From contig DASTWX010000238.1 of assembly GCA_035765795.1 (NCBI GenBank), forward strand, positions 4,635 to 68,634: a DNA stretch of 64,000 nt, in the 5' to 3' direction. Each line of letters starts with the position of its first letter. The first letter of the stretch is position 1. Source of the DNA: Pseudolabrys sp. (lineage in GTDB: Bacteria > Pseudomonadota > Alphaproteobacteria > Rhizobiales > Xanthobacteraceae). The translations under genes were made by a program, and so were the position numbers. The notes under the pieces are model-generated. The model had not been told where the DNA came from. It made no database searches and worked only from the letters and a program-made list of their open reading frames with translations. Positions 45,706-55,829 of this stretch are shown in pieces.

Positions 45706-45905
45706 TCGCCGGGGTCACGACACATCACCCGCCTGCCGGCTGCTGTATCGGGAGCGGCCAAGCGAGCGCCTCATGCTCGGGCGTCATGCGCGGGCTACCG
45801 GTCCTTGCGATTTCACTCACTGCGCAGCCGTATGGATCGCCGAAACAAGCGGGCAATGACTGCGTGCAGAACGAGCGCCGGCCATGACGGCACTGAGATG
45901 CGACC

Positions 45906-46871
45906 TCAGCTCTCCCCCGCTTCGTAATTGATGGTGAACTCGCGCGGCACTTCGGGACCCCAGAGATAGAACGAGTCCTCCGGTTTGTGATCGGCGGACG
46001 GCCAGCGCTCTTCCTTCGGGATGTAATCGATGTCGCAGGAATATTCCGAGAAGCTGCCCCACGGATCACGCACGTAGTGGAAATAGTTGGAGCCCAGCAC
46101 ATGGCGGCCGAGGCCCCAGCCCTTGGTCCAGCCTTTGTCGGCCATGCGCATCGCGCCGACGCCGATATCGTTGACGCTGGGCACGTCCCAACTGCAGTGG
46201 TGAAAACCGGGCGCACTCGACTTAACAAGGGCCAGCAGGTGATGATCGCTGCCGTGAATGCCGTGCATGAAGGCGACGATATCCGAGGCGCGGTCGGACA
46301 GACGCAAGCCAAGATTGCGGCAATAGAATTCGAGCGAAGCGTCGATGTCGCGAGTAAAGACCAGCACGTGCGACAAGCGGCGCGGGCGCACTGCTGCTGA
46401 TTTCTCGCGGGTCGTCGCACCGGCTTGGCCGGGGCCGACGGTAACCCATTGGCTGTCGGCCTTGTGGTCCGGAGATACTTTGGGCCCGACCTTCACCTCG
46501 ATCAGCACGCCTTCATGATTGCGAAACCAGAAGCCGTTGCTCTCGAATCCGGGCGGCGGGTCGATCAGCTTGACGCCGTTACCCTCGATCCGCGCCTTCA
46601 GCCGGCCGATGTCTTCGGCATAGCAGCCGAAGGAAAGGTGGTGCAGGGTCTTTGCTTTCACGCCCTCCACCACTGAACCCCACCGATGCTCATGGCCAAA
46701 GGTCTTGATCGCCAGGGTGTTGCCCTTGGCCTGCACGTCGAGACCAAAATTGCCGTAGAAATCCTGCGCCACGCTGGCGTCAGGAACGGCGAGCACGAAT
46801 TGATCGAGCGAATGCACGCCGAGCGCGTCGGCATCCGTCGTCGGCGCGACATATCCTCGAATGGCGGTCAT
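45906..46871 (-). CDS. VOC-family two-domain extradiol dioxygenase-like protein
   Basis: C-domain metal ligands in LSHVLV, DHHLLAL and GSFSEY, plus FHHCSW and GLGRH..GSNYFHY. AGGGAG RBS. Confidence 0.85.
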   Translation of the reverse strand: MTAIRGYVAPTTDADALGVHSLDQFVLAVPDASVAQDFYGNFGLDVQAKGNTLAIKTFGHEHRWGSVVEGVKAKTLHHLSFGCYAEDIGRLKARIEGNGVKLIDPPPGFESNGFWFRNHEGVLIEVKVGPKVSPDHKADSQWVTVGPGQAGATTREKSAAVRPRRLSHVLVFTRDIDASLEFYCRNLGLRLSDRASDIVAFMHGIHGSDHHLLALVKSSAPGFHHCSWDVPSVNDIGVGAMRMADKGWTKGWGLGRHVLGSNYFHYVRDPWGSFSEYSCDIDYIPKEERWPSADHKPEDSFYLWGPEVPREFTINYEAGES

Positions 46872-47029
46872 TGTTGTCTCCCTAGAAAAAGCCGCTGTTT
46901 ATTGCATTGTAGTCCGCTGACCGGGCGCGGCAAAGGCCTACGGGTGCGGCAATAATGCAGAGCCGCACGCCGTTACCCCGGGGAGGTAAGTCGGCCCGGA
47001 AAACAATATTTCTCCCTTCCGCGCCGCCG

Positions 47030-47524
47030 CTAGCGCTGCGATTCTTTGAGGACGTCGATCAGTGAAGCGTTCAGGCGCGACAAGACCTTTGCACCTTGTC
47101 TGCGCTCCTCCTCAGTCCAATCGCGGAAGAGGCGGGCAAGCCGCTTGAGGCGGGCCGCGCGCATTGCTTCCGCATCGTCGCGGCCTTTCGCCGTCACTTC
47201 GAGCACGATCGAACGCGCATCACCCGGCCGCGGCGCCTTGCGGATCAGCCCATGCCGCACCATGGCTGCCACCTGGCGGGTGACCGTCGAGTCGTCCAAC
47301 AGCAGGCGCCGCGCCACCGCACCGATCGTCTGCGGACCTTCCCGCTCGATCAGGCCGACCAGCAGGTAATGCGCCCGCTCCAGCGGATAGGAGCGGCGGC
47401 GCTGCACGGCCTCGAGTCCGCGCACGAGAAAGGCCAGCGCCTCCTCCAGGTCCGCGAGCGCACCGGACGTGTCGTGAGGATCAGCCGCCCGCCGCTCTTG
47501 TTTGTCCTCGGACTCGGCCGCCAC
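47030..47524 (-). CDS. MarR family transcriptional regulator
   Basis: Winged HTH (TIGAVARRLLLDDSTVTRQV, D.RS..LEVT.KG). GTG 47524 has GGAGG 9 nt upstream; alternative ATG at 47569. Confidence 0.88.
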   Translation of the reverse strand: MAAESEDKQERRAADPHDTSGALADLEEALAFLVRGLEAVQRRRSYPLERAHYLLVGLIEREGPQTIGAVARRLLLDDSTVTRQVAAMVRHGLIRKAPRPGDARSIVLEVTAKGRDDAEAMRAARLKRLARLFRDWTEEERRQGAKVLSRLNASLIDVLKESQR

Positions 47525-47602
47525 CGGCGACTGCCTCCATCTTCCACCCACCCCGGCGCTTTCCTTCATAGGACATCTTGTGCGACAGGCCAGGAGGATT
47601 TA

Positions 47603-47617
47603 TCTGTATCATGCAGA
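47603..47617. promoter_or_regulatory. Candidate MarR operator
   Basis: Imperfect palindrome TCTGTATCATGCAGA between the divergent marR and MFS genes. Confidence 0.45.
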
Positions 47618-47642
47618 CAATTTCCCGTCCGAAAGTATCGCA

Positions 47643-48869
47643 ATGCACAGTGACTGCTTGCCCAAGAGGGCGCCGCATTTCCTCGACCAGCCGAAGGCGG
47701 TCTGGGCGACAGCCTTCGCGGCTGTCGTCGGCTTCATGAGTATCGGGCTGGTCGACCCGATCCTGGTTTCCATCGCCAAGGGACTGGATGCAACGCCGGC
47801 GCAGGTCTCGCTGCTGTTCACCAGCTATTTCGCCGTCACCTCGGTCATGATGCTGATCACCGGCTTCGTCGCGAGCCGGCTCGGCGGGCGCGGCACCCTG
47901 CTTCTGGGTTCGGCGCTCATCGTCGTCTTCGCCGGTCTTGCCGGCACGTCGAGCAGCATTCCCGAACTCGTCGCCTACCGGGCCGGCTGGGGGCTTGGGA
48001 ACGCCTTCTTCGTCGTCACCGCCCTTTCGGTGATCGTCGCATCGAGCCGCGGTGGCACCATGTCGGCGATCCTGATGTACGAATCCGCTCTCGGGCTCGG
48101 CATTTCTGCCGGCCCGCTGGTCGGCGCCGTACTCGGCGACATGTCGTGGCGCTATCCGTTCTTCGGCACCGCCACGCTCATGGCGATCGGCTTCATCTCG
48201 ATCGCGCTGTTCCTCGGCAGGACACCGCCGCCTGCCAAGAAGATCGGCATTGTCGATCCGATCGTGGCGCTGAAACACAAAGGCCTGTTCACCACGGCCC
48301 TCAGCGCCTTCTTCTACAATTACGCCTTCTTCACCGTGCTCGCCTTCGTGCCGTTCGTGCTCAATATGTCAGCCTACACGGTCGGAGGTATCTTCTTCGG
48401 CTGGGGCGTGTTACTGGCCGTCTTCTCCGTGATCGTTGCGCCAAAGCTGCAGAGCCGCTGGCCGGGGCTGCATCTGATCTCGGCGATGCTGGTGCTGATC
48501 GCATTGATCCTGCTTGCGGTAGCGTTCGGCTCACGCACGACCGTCGTCGTCGCGGTGATCCTCGCAGGCGCTGTGATGGGCATCAGCAACACCGTCTATA
48601 CGGAGATGGCGCTGGAAGTCTCGAATGCGGCGCGGCCAGTCGCCTCGGCCGGCTACAATTTCGTGCGCTGGTTCGCCGGCGTCGTTGCGCCGTTCGCGGC
48701 GCCGAAGATCGCCGAATTCGCCGGCGCCGAAGTCAGCTTTGTCGTCGCGGCCACAGCCGCACTGCTGGCAATCGCCGTGCTCTTTGCCGGGCGCCGGCAT
48801 CTCGGCCGCTTCGCGAATCCGCATCACGAGGAAATCGTCTCGGCAGTGACAGCTTCGTCGGCACCCTGA
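47643..48869 (+). CDS. MFS transporter (putative efflux)
   Basis: About 12 hydrophobic segments, motif A-like SRLGGR, and motif C GISAGPLVG.VLG. Confidence 0.9.
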   Translation: MHSDCLPKRAPHFLDQPKAVWATAFAAVVGFMSIGLVDPILVSIAKGLDATPAQVSLLFTSYFAVTSVMMLITGFVASRLGGRGTLLLGSALIVVFAGLAGTSSSIPELVAYRAGWGLGNAFFVVTALSVIVASSRGGTMSAILMYESALGLGISAGPLVGAVLGDMSWRYPFFGTATLMAIGFISIALFLGRTPPPAKKIGIVDPIVALKHKGLFTTALSAFFYNYAFFTVLAFVPFVLNMSAYTVGGIFFGWGVLLAVFSVIVAPKLQSRWPGLHLISAMLVLIALILLAVAFGSRTTVVVAVILAGAVMGISNTVYTEMALEVSNAARPVASAGYNFVRWFAGVVAPFAAPKIAEFAGAEVSFVVAATAALLAIAVLFAGRRHLGRFANPHHEEIVSAVTASSAP

Positions 48870-48945
48870 CCGCTTCGCCCTTGCCTTCCAGAGCTCACGT
48901 GTCCCGGGATTGCGCCGTGATGCGGCTCACCACGCGGCCCTCAAT

Positions 48946-48979
48946 CAAGAAAGCCCGGCAGCGCTGCCGGGCTTTCTTG
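48946..48979. terminator. Bidirectional terminator between the MFS gene and carD
   Basis: Perfect 34-bp palindrome CAAGAAAGCCCGGCAGC GCTGCCGGGCTTTCTTG. Confidence 0.8.
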
Positions 48980-49002
48980 CGAATGTTGATGCTCGAGCCG
49001 GA

Positions 49003-49584
49003 TTAAGCCGCCTCGTCCTCGACGGCGTCATCGCCGCTCGGTTCCTCAGCGGACTTGGGGCCGCGGCGCGGGCCCTTGGCCAGCGCACTTTCGATCTCCT
49101 TGACGGCCTCGGTTTCAGTGACGCGCTGCACAGCCGAAATCTCGCGCGAGAGGCGATCGAGCGCCGCCTCATAAAGCTGACGTTCGGAGTACGACTGCTC
49201 CGGCTGGCTCTCCGAGCGGTACAAGTCGCGCACCACCTCTGCGATGGCGACGATATCGCCGGAATTGATCTTGGCCTCGTATTCCTGCGCCCGGCGCGAC
49301 CACATGGTTCGCTTGATGCGCGCGCGGCCCTTCAATGTATCCAGTGCGCGCTTGACCAGCGGCGCCTCCGCCAGCTTGCGCATGCCGACCGAGGCAATCT
49401 TGGCCGTCGGAACCCTTAAGGTCATCTTGTCCTTGACGAAATTGATAACGAAAAGTTCGAGCTTGGCGCCCGCGACCTCCTGCTCCTCGATCGCCATGAT
49501 CTGTCCGACGCCATGCGCCGGATAGACGATGAACTCGTTGGTCTTGAAGCCTTGTCGCTGGGTAGTCTTCTTATTACTGGGCAT
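49003..49584 (-). CDS. carD: CarD/CdnL family transcription factor (possible longer start at 49764)
   Basis: EFIVYPAHGVG, LRVP, KR.MWSRRAQEYEAKINSG, SYSERQLYE. AAGGAG upstream of ATG 49593/49584. Confidence 0.93.
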   Translation of the reverse strand: MPSNKKTTQRQGFKTNEFIVYPAHGVGQIMAIEEQEVAGAKLELFVINFVKDKMTLRVPTAKIASVGMRKLAEAPLVKRALDTLKGRARIKRTMWSRRAQEYEAKINSGDIVAIAEVVRDLYRSESQPEQSYSERQLYEAALDRLSREISAVQRVTETEAVKEIESALAKGPRRGPKSAEEPSGDDAVEDEAA

Positions 49585-50034
49585 TCCGGGCATTACTCCT
49601 TCGCCGGCCGCCTTGCGGCCGCCGGCTACCTTGGCTGCGGGAGCCCCACCGCGGGCGGTACCGCGCGAGGCTTGCGGGGTCCGCCGAGGGGCGGCGGACT
49701 TCTTCGACCGCCGGCTTGCGCCGGTGGAGCCCTTCTTCGACTTTTGACGCGCTTTTCCTGCCACTGCTGTCGCGTGGAAACCTCACGCCCTCTCATCAAG
49801 ATTGTTACGCCCGCGCGAAAAATTAAGGCTCCCGCGACAGGGAGCACTATCGACGACAGGCCTCACTCGTTATGCCGATTTTCAGCTATATAGCACATTT
49901 TTGGGCAGAATCAAAGCCTTATCGAGACCGAAAGTGCAATCCCGCAGTGCCCTTGCCGAAACATTTCAACCTTAGAGGGTGCCGATGACCCAAAACAGAC
50001 CAGTGAAATACTATATTACCGTCGCTACCCGAGA

Positions 50035-50373
50035 TCAGTCGCCCTCACCGGGATCTGAAGAAAAATACTTCGTAAATTTGTTTGGCTGGCCATCGAATTC
50101 CTTGGCATCCGCTGGCGGCTCTCGTTTGACCGTAATATTCGGCCAGGACTTTGAATATTCGGCATTGAGCTCCAGCCATTTCTCCAGGCCCGGCTCGGTG
50201 TCCGGCTTGATCGCCTCGGCGGGGCACTCCGGCTCGCAAACGCCACAATCAATGCACTCGTCGGGGTGGATGACGAGCATATTGTCGCCTTCATAGAAGC
50301 AGTCCACCGGGCAGACTTCCACGCAGTCCATATATTTGCACTTGATGCAGTTTTCGACGACGACGTAAGTCAT
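50035..50373 (-). CDS. fdxA: 7Fe ferredoxin
   Basis: [29 protein letters not shown] and [12 protein letters not shown]. Confidence 0.96.
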   Translation of the reverse strand: MTYVVVENCIKCKYMDCVEVCPVDCFYEGDNMLVIHPDECIDCGVCEPECPAEAIKPDTEPGLEKWLELNAEYSKSWPNITVKREPPADAKEFDGQPNKFTKYFSSDPGEGD

Positions 50374-50459
50374 GCCATCCGAGGCTCCGGTCAAAACGAC
50401 GAACGAGGCTCACTATCGCAAGGCCAATTGGCCTGCAAGCAGCTTTAGGCCCAAAGCTT

Positions 50460-50792
50460 TCACCGTGTGTCTTCGCTAACCCTTCGGCCTGGGGGCCCGG
50501 AACTGCACTCGCCGCTCAAATCGCGGTAAAGCACGCGCGCAGCCGGCGCCCTGCCCCGTTTCTCACAGAACCCGGCCACTTCCAAAACCCGGACCGATCG
50601 GTCGAGAGCGACAGTGAGCACATCCCCAATGCGGACTGGATGGCCTGCCGCCGTCATTCGTTTGCCATTGATGCGAACGCGGCCGGCTTGAGCCAGTGCC
50701 GCTGCGTCAGCCCTGGTGCGTACCATTCGCGCATGCCACAGCCATTTGTCGATGCGCTGGCGGTCGAGTACGGCTGGCGGGCCAATGGACAA
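50460..50792 (-). CDS. RNA-binding S4 domain protein (Hsp15-like)
   Basis: RIDKWLWHAR..RTR..A, GRVRING, VRIGDVL. TTG start uncertain. Confidence 0.9.
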   Translation of the reverse strand: MSIGPPAVLDRQRIDKWLWHARMVRTRADAAALAQAGRVRINGKRMTAAGHPVRIGDVLTVALDRSVRVLEVAGFCEKRGRAPAARVLYRDLSGECSSGPPGRRVSEDTR

Positions 50793-50794
50793 AA

Positions 50795-53700
50795 TCAGGA
50801 AGGCTCCTTGCCATTCTGCTCGAGCTGCTGCTTCAGCGCGGCGAGCTTAGCGAATGGCGAATTGGGATCAGGCTGTTTGTCGCGCCGGTCGTGACTACCG
50901 TGCGGCTTAGCGAAGTATTTCTCCCGCTCGGCCCGATCGATACGCTCGCCCTCACGCCGCGGACGGCGCGACCGATCTTGACGGCGCAACCCGCCGTCTT
51001 GCCGTTCGTCCCGCGCCGCGTCTCTATCCTTGCGTTGCTGGCGTTCACGCCGATCCTGCCGCGCTTGGCGATCATCCCCCTCATGCCGGCCGCGCCGATG
51101 GCGGTGCTCACGCGCGGCTTCGCCTTGTGCCTGCGTCTCGGTTGGCGTTGCACCGGCGGGCTCGCCACCTTCGGCGGACGCGGCAGCTGGCTGCTGGCGA
51201 TGCGGACGCCGCGGCCGGTGCGGACGCCGCTCGGATCGACCTGCCGGCCGCCAAACCTCATAGAAGGCCGCTTCTTCGGCTCTACTTGGCTCCGGCGGGT
51301 CCGCTTGCACAGGCGCCGGTCCGGTACCGTCTTGTGCAGATGTATCGATAGTTTCAGAGGAGAGCGCCTCTGTTTCATCCCGCGTGTGAGGCTGCTGCGG
51401 CACGGTTTCGGCCGAGACCGGCAACAGTTCGGCTCCGGGCAGTACGCCAACCATCGCATCGAGCGGCACGCTTTCAATGGGCGCTTGAGCGGCAGCTTCG
51501 GCCGGCATTTCGGAGGTTGCTTCCGCCGTATCTTGAGTCGCCGATGCGTCTGCTTCCGATTGCTTCTCAGCTTCGGGCGGTTTCGGCCGCCGCTCCATGC
51601 GGTAGCCCAACGCGCGCAGAATGGAGGCGAAGTCTTCGCCCGAAGCGCCGGCAAGCGAGGTCATGGCGCCGGTGACGGTAAACGAACGGCCATCGACTGC
51701 GCCGTCCGGCTTCGTCCCTTGCGCATGTTCGCGCCAAGCCAGTGCCGGGCGAATAAGATCGGCGAGCCGCTCGAGGATATCGACGCGCACCGCGCGCTCG
51801 CCGCAGACGCGATAACCGGCGCTGCGGTAGAGCGGATTCGGAGTTTCCTTGTCGGTGGGAATCGACGTGCGCCCGCTCGCCGCAAGATGCAAGAGATCGG
51901 CGACTCCCTTGGCGTCGGGCGCTTCGTGCTTGAGTGCCCATAATTGCGTCGCTAAGGCGCGCGGCGCCGGTTTCAATAAAGCGGGCAAGTAAATGTGATA
52001 GGCACCGAAGCGCACGCCGTATTTGCGCAAAGTGGCGCGAGAGGGCTGGTCCAGACTCTTCACTTCTTCAGCCACCTTTTGCCGATCGAGCACACCGAGG
52101 GATTCGAGCAGTTGGAAGGCCACGCCGCGCGCCATGCCGGTCACATCTTCCGCCGCCGACAGGGAAAAGAGCGGCGCTAGAAGTTTTTCGATGTGCGTCT
52201 TCAGCCAAAGATCAAGCCGCGTCTGCACCAGTTCGCGGGCCGGGCCGGTCAGATGTTCGTCGGCGAGGATGCGCAGGCGCGGGCGCAGCGTGTCATCGCC
52301 GGCGGCAAGCCGGCCGACCGCGTCGCCCATCCAACGCACCGTGCCGTCATTTGCGAGCACGATCTGCTCGTTGGGAGCCTGCGACAGCCGTGTAGCGCGC
52401 GTTTCGATCTCGCCGGCGAGCGCTTTTTGCGCGGCGGCATTGAGCGCTTTCGCCTCCGAGCCTCCGTTCCCAGAGACGTCCGGCGCAAACATGAATCCAT
52501 CGAGCCGGCCGATAGTATGGCCTTCGACGATGACTTCTCCGGCTTTTCCGATTTCGGTGTCCAGCATCGTGTTTTCTCGCAGCCGCCGCATCAACACGCT
52601 GGTGCGACGATCCACGAAGCGTTCGGCCAACCTCTCGTGCAGCGCGTCGGACAGCTTGTCCTCGATCTCGCGGGCGACCTGTTGCCAGTGCTCAGGATCG
52701 GCAAGCCAATCGGGACGGTTGGCGACGAAAGTCCAGGTCCTGACATGCGCGATCCGGTTCGAAAGAGTATCGATATCGCCCTCGGTCCGGTCGGCGTGCG
52801 CAAGCTGCCGAGCGAACCAGTCAGTCGGAATGTTACCCTCTCGCATCAAGAATCCATAGAGGGTCATAATCAGTTCAGCGTGGTTGGCCGGTGCGATCTT
52901 GCGGTAATCAGGAACTTGGCAGGTGTCCCATAGCCGTTCGATCGCGCGGCGGTCGCACGCAAGCGCGCGCACGTCCTCATCGCGCGCAGCGTGTTCCAGC
53001 ACCAGAATGTCTTCGCCGACGGGCGCACGAGTCAATCCCGGCTCGGCCGGTATCATGGCGAGTGACGCCTGCAACGCGCCGAGTGACGAAAAATCCAGCG
53101 CGGAATTGCGCCATTGCAACGTGCGAACAGGCTCGAAGGAATGGCTCTCCAGCGCCTGCACCAGTTCAGGCTCAAACGGATCGCACCGCCCGGTGGTGCC
53201 GAAGGTGCCGTCGCGCGTCGCGCGGCCCGCACGCCCGGCAACTTGCGCGAGCTCCGCGGCATTGAGCCGACGAAACTGATAGCCGTCGAACTTCCTGTCC
53301 GACGCGAAGGCGACGTGGTCCACGTCGAGATTCAGCCCCATACCGATCGCGTCGGTGGCCACCAGATAGTCGACATCGCCCGATTGGTAGAGCGCGACCT
53401 GCGCGTTGCGCGTGCGTGGCGACAAAGCACCGAGCACCACAGCGGCGCCGCCACGTTGCCGGCGGATCAACTCCGCGATGGCGTATACTTCCTCTGCCGA
53501 GAAAGCGACGACGGCCGAACGGCGCGGCAAACGGGTGAGCTTCTTCTCGCCGGCATAGGTCAACATCGAGAGGCGCGGCCGGCTGATGATATGCGCGCCG
53601 GGTAAGAGGTTCTCCACCACCGGCCGCATCGTGGCGGCGCCCAGTACCAGCGTCTCTTCCCGGGCGCGGGCATTCAGCATCCGGTCGGTGAAGACGTGGC

Positions 53701-54052
53701 CGCGGTCGAGATCTGCGCCGAGTTGTATCTCGTCGACAGCCATGAAGGCCACGTCGAGATCGCGCGGCATCGCCTCCACGGTACAAACCCAGTAGCGCGG
53801 GTTGGCGGGCTTGATCTTCTCCTCGCCGGTGATCAAGGCGACGTTTTCCGCCCCGGCACGGCTCGCTACTTTGTTGTAGACCTCCCGTGCCAACAGCCGT
53901 AGCGGGAGACCGATGATCCCCGACGAGTGGCCGAGCATCCGCTCGATCGCGAGATGTGTCTTGCCGGTATTGGTGGGGCCGAGCACCGCGGTCACGCCCG
54001 TGCCGCGCGCCCGAGTGGAGTGGACCAGCCGCGGAGAAAAGGTCAGGGTCAT
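50795..54052 (-). CDS. SUV3-like SF2 helicase with long disordered C-terminus
   Basis: GPTNTGKT, PLRLLA.E, DEIQL, ATDAIGMGLN, QVAGRAGR, and terminal PDPNSPFAKL. Confidence 0.92.
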   Translation of the reverse strand: MTLTFSPRLVHSTRARGTGVTAVLGPTNTGKTHLAIERMLGHSSGIIGLPLRLLAREVYNKVASRAGAENVALITGEEKIKPANPRYWVCTVEAMPRDLDVAFMAVDEIQLGADLDRGHVFTDRMLNARAREETLVLGAATMRPVVENLLPGAHIISRPRLSMLTYAGEKKLTRLPRRSAVVAFSAEEVYAIAELIRRQRGGAAVVLGALSPRTRNAQVALYQSGDVDYLVATDAIGMGLNLDVDHVAFASDRKFDGYQFRRLNAAELAQVAGRAGRATRDGTFGTTGRCDPFEPELVQALESHSFEPVRTLQWRNSALDFSSLGALQASLAMIPAEPGLTRAPVGEDILVLEHAARDEDVRALACDRRAIERLWDTCQVPDYRKIAPANHAELIMTLYGFLMREGNIPTDWFARQLAHADRTEGDIDTLSNRIAHVRTWTFVANRPDWLADPEHWQQVAREIEDKLSDALHERLAERFVDRRTSVLMRRLRENTMLDTEIGKAGEVIVEGHTIGRLDGFMFAPDVSGNGGSEAKALNAAAQKALAGEIETRATRLSQAPNEQIVLANDGTVRWMGDAVGRLAAGDDTLRPRLRILADEHLTGPARELVQTRLDLWLKTHIEKLLAPLFSLSAAEDVTGMARGVAFQLLESLGVLDRQKVAEEVKSLDQPSRATLRKYGVRFGAYHIYLPALLKPAPRALATQLWALKHEAPDAKGVADLLHLAASGRTSIPTDKETPNPLYRSAGYRVCGERAVRVDILERLADLIRPALAWREHAQGTKPDGAVDGRSFTVTGAMTSLAGASGEDFASILRALGYRMERRPKPPEAEKQSEADASATQDTAEATSEMPAEAAAQAPIESVPLDAMVGVLPGAELLPVSAETVPQQPHTRDETEALSSETIDTSAQDGTGPAPVQADPPEPSRAEEAAFYEVWRPAGRSERRPHRPRRPHRQQPAAASAEGGEPAGATPTETQAQGEAAREHRHRRGRHEGDDRQARQDRRERQQRKDRDAARDERQDGGLRRQDRSRRPRREGERIDRAEREKYFAKPHGSHDRRDKQPDPNSPFAKLAALKQQLEQNGKEPS

Positions 54053-54359
54053 CAAGCGTCCAAAATGGCGGCCTGCGACGCGCAGCCGCGGTGGTTGTGT
54101 ATCATAATGCGACGCTGCTGCGGCGCGTGATTAAGAGCAGGAACGAGTCTCGAACGAAAGCGGCCCGAATCGCTGACTTCCATCGTGTGCAGATTCGTTC
54201 ACGGCGATATCTGGCGGGGCCGAACCGGCTGTCCACTACATATTGTCGAAACGCGCGATTCGGGCGGCTTAAAATCCCATACAATCGTTAACCCTCACCA
54301 GAACTTCCCGGCGCCAAGAGTCAAGCATAACATTGCGGGGCCCAATCGACGCGCTGCTC

Positions 54360-55214
54360 TCATTTGCTGCCATGTGGCCGCTTGATCGAAGCCCGGGTCG
54401 GCGTCGCGACCGACACGAATTGGCCGGCTTCCAATACCGCCTCCCCGATGGGCGTTGGACCTTGGGCGCGGAAGGGCACCAGCATTCGGGTGCCCGCAAT
54501 CGGAGCGAGCCAAACCTCGATGTCGCGTTGTTCGGCGATGTATTTAATAGCGCGACGCGAGGGAATGTAGCCCGCGATTGGCACGAATTTCACCGAGCAG
54601 ACCACGACCGGGCCGGCATAGCCCTTCTCCGCTTTCACCTGATCCATGCGCTTGTAGGCAAGCGCCAGGTCGTAACGGAGCCGTCCGTCGAAAATCGGGA
54701 GCCGCCGGTCGCAGGCCCGCGGCGTCAGCACGCGCCCATCTCCCGGCGCCCGCACAAGCGAGGCAGTCATGGGATCCTGGATGCCATGCTTCTGCGCCTC
54801 CGTTATCGGGATGCGCTCGGGGTCATCGTCGACGGGCGGATCGACTTTGTTGGTCTTCACGTTGCCGTCGCTAATCGCGAGGCGGATTTCGTCGGTTTTG
54901 TTGCGGCTAATGATGGTGGAGGCGTAAAGCGACGAGCCCGGCTTGTCGCCGCCCAACGTCCCGTGAGCGGCCGACGTGCCTTCTCCGCCGGTAAACAGGC
55001 GCAAAAGACCGGTAGTGATGCCGCTCGCCGCGGCGCTGTAATGGCTTCCGCCGATCTCGACCACCCAGCTCCCTTTTCCAATCGGAATGCCGGCGAGCGA
55101 GGCCGTGTAATGGGCTTCGAGGCGCCCTTGCGCCGCGCCCGGCTCGGCAGCGCCAACTCCCGCGAGAAGGAGCGCCACCAGGAACATGGCGGGGATTCGC
55201 CTGCGCGGCAGCAT
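54360..55214 (-). CDS. DUF3108-family exported protein
   Basis: ATG 55214 with signal peptide, Y...LAGIPIG, DPMTA, IFDGRLRYDL, EVWLAP. The ORF-finder extension to 55799 overlaps rpmB and was discarded. Confidence 0.85.
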   Translation of the reverse strand: MLPRRRIPAMFLVALLLAGVGAAEPGAAQGRLEAHYTASLAGIPIGKGSWVVEIGGSHYSAAASGITTGLLRLFTGGEGTSAAHGTLGGDKPGSSLYASTIISRNKTDEIRLAISDGNVKTNKVDPPVDDDPERIPITEAQKHGIQDPMTASLVRAPGDGRVLTPRACDRRLPIFDGRLRYDLALAYKRMDQVKAEKGYAGPVVVCSVKFVPIAGYIPSRRAIKYIAEQRDIEVWLAPIAGTRMLVPFRAQGPTPIGEAVLEAGQFVSVATPTRASIKRPHGSK

Positions 55215-55424
55215 GAAACCTCGACCTCCCGCCCGCGCCGACACATGCCGCAATCGGACGAAGCCACAACGGGCAGTGGAGCAGTTCCCGCAGGCTACAC
55301 CGCGCCAGCCTCGCCCACCTAAAAATTGATCCGCCCTATTCCAATCCTTAGGTCGCCATCGAATAAGTCGAATCTGTGGTTCCTGCTCGTACCTGGGGCG
55401 GCCAATTTTGAGTGGACTGGGCCG

Positions 55425-55454
55425 CTTGACGCCTGTTTCGCCGCTCTTTATACG
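55425..55454 (+). promoter_or_regulatory. Probable sigma70 promoter of rpmB
   Basis: CTTGAC (55425-55430)-N17-TTATAC. Confidence 0.55.
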
Positions 55455-55530
55455 TCCGGGCCGTCTCCCAGATGTCCGAGCCATACAGGTGCGCGCGGAG
55501 CGCGCCGGCACTTTTTTCGAGGGTTTGACT

Positions 55531-55818
55531 ATGTCCTGGCGTTGCGAGCTGACCGGAAAGGGCCCCCTGGTGGGCCACAAGGTGAGCCACTCCAACATCA
55601 AGACGAAACGGCGCTTCCTGCCGAACCTGGTCAATGTGACAATGACCTCCGACACGCTTGGACGGTCGGTCAAAGCCCGCGTGTCGGCTAACGCGCTGAA
55701 GACTGTCGACCATCGCGGTGGGCTCGATGCTTTCCTGCTCAAGGCCAAAGACGCCGACCTCGCGCCCAAGATGCTCGAGCTCAAGCGGGAAATCGCCAAG
55801 AAGCGGGCGACTGCTTGA
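55531..55818 (+). CDS. rpmB: 50S ribosomal protein L28
   Basis: [10 protein letters not shown]...[17 protein letters not shown], and [12 protein letters not shown]. Confidence 0.96.
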   Translation: MSWRCELTGKGPLVGHKVSHSNIKTKRRFLPNLVNVTMTSDTLGRSVKARVSANALKTVDHRGGLDAFLLKAKDADLAPKMLELKREIAKKRATA

Positions 55819-55829
55819 TACCAGCCGCC

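Noticed and set aside
47592-47742. AGGAGG followed by an out-of-frame ATG (47611) upstream of the MFS gene, suggesting a uORF or frameshift
   Set aside because: The spacing is 13 nt, the ATG falls within the candidate MarR operator, and the MFS frame is intact from 47643.
55531-55542. L28 begins MSWR rather than the usual MSRR
   Set aside because: A single C-to-T change explains it, and I cannot distinguish polymorphism from sequencing error.
55215-55799. 195-aa N-terminal extension of the DUF3108 ORF
   Set aside because: It overlaps rpmB and its promoter on the opposite strand, and a signal peptide begins at ATG 55214.
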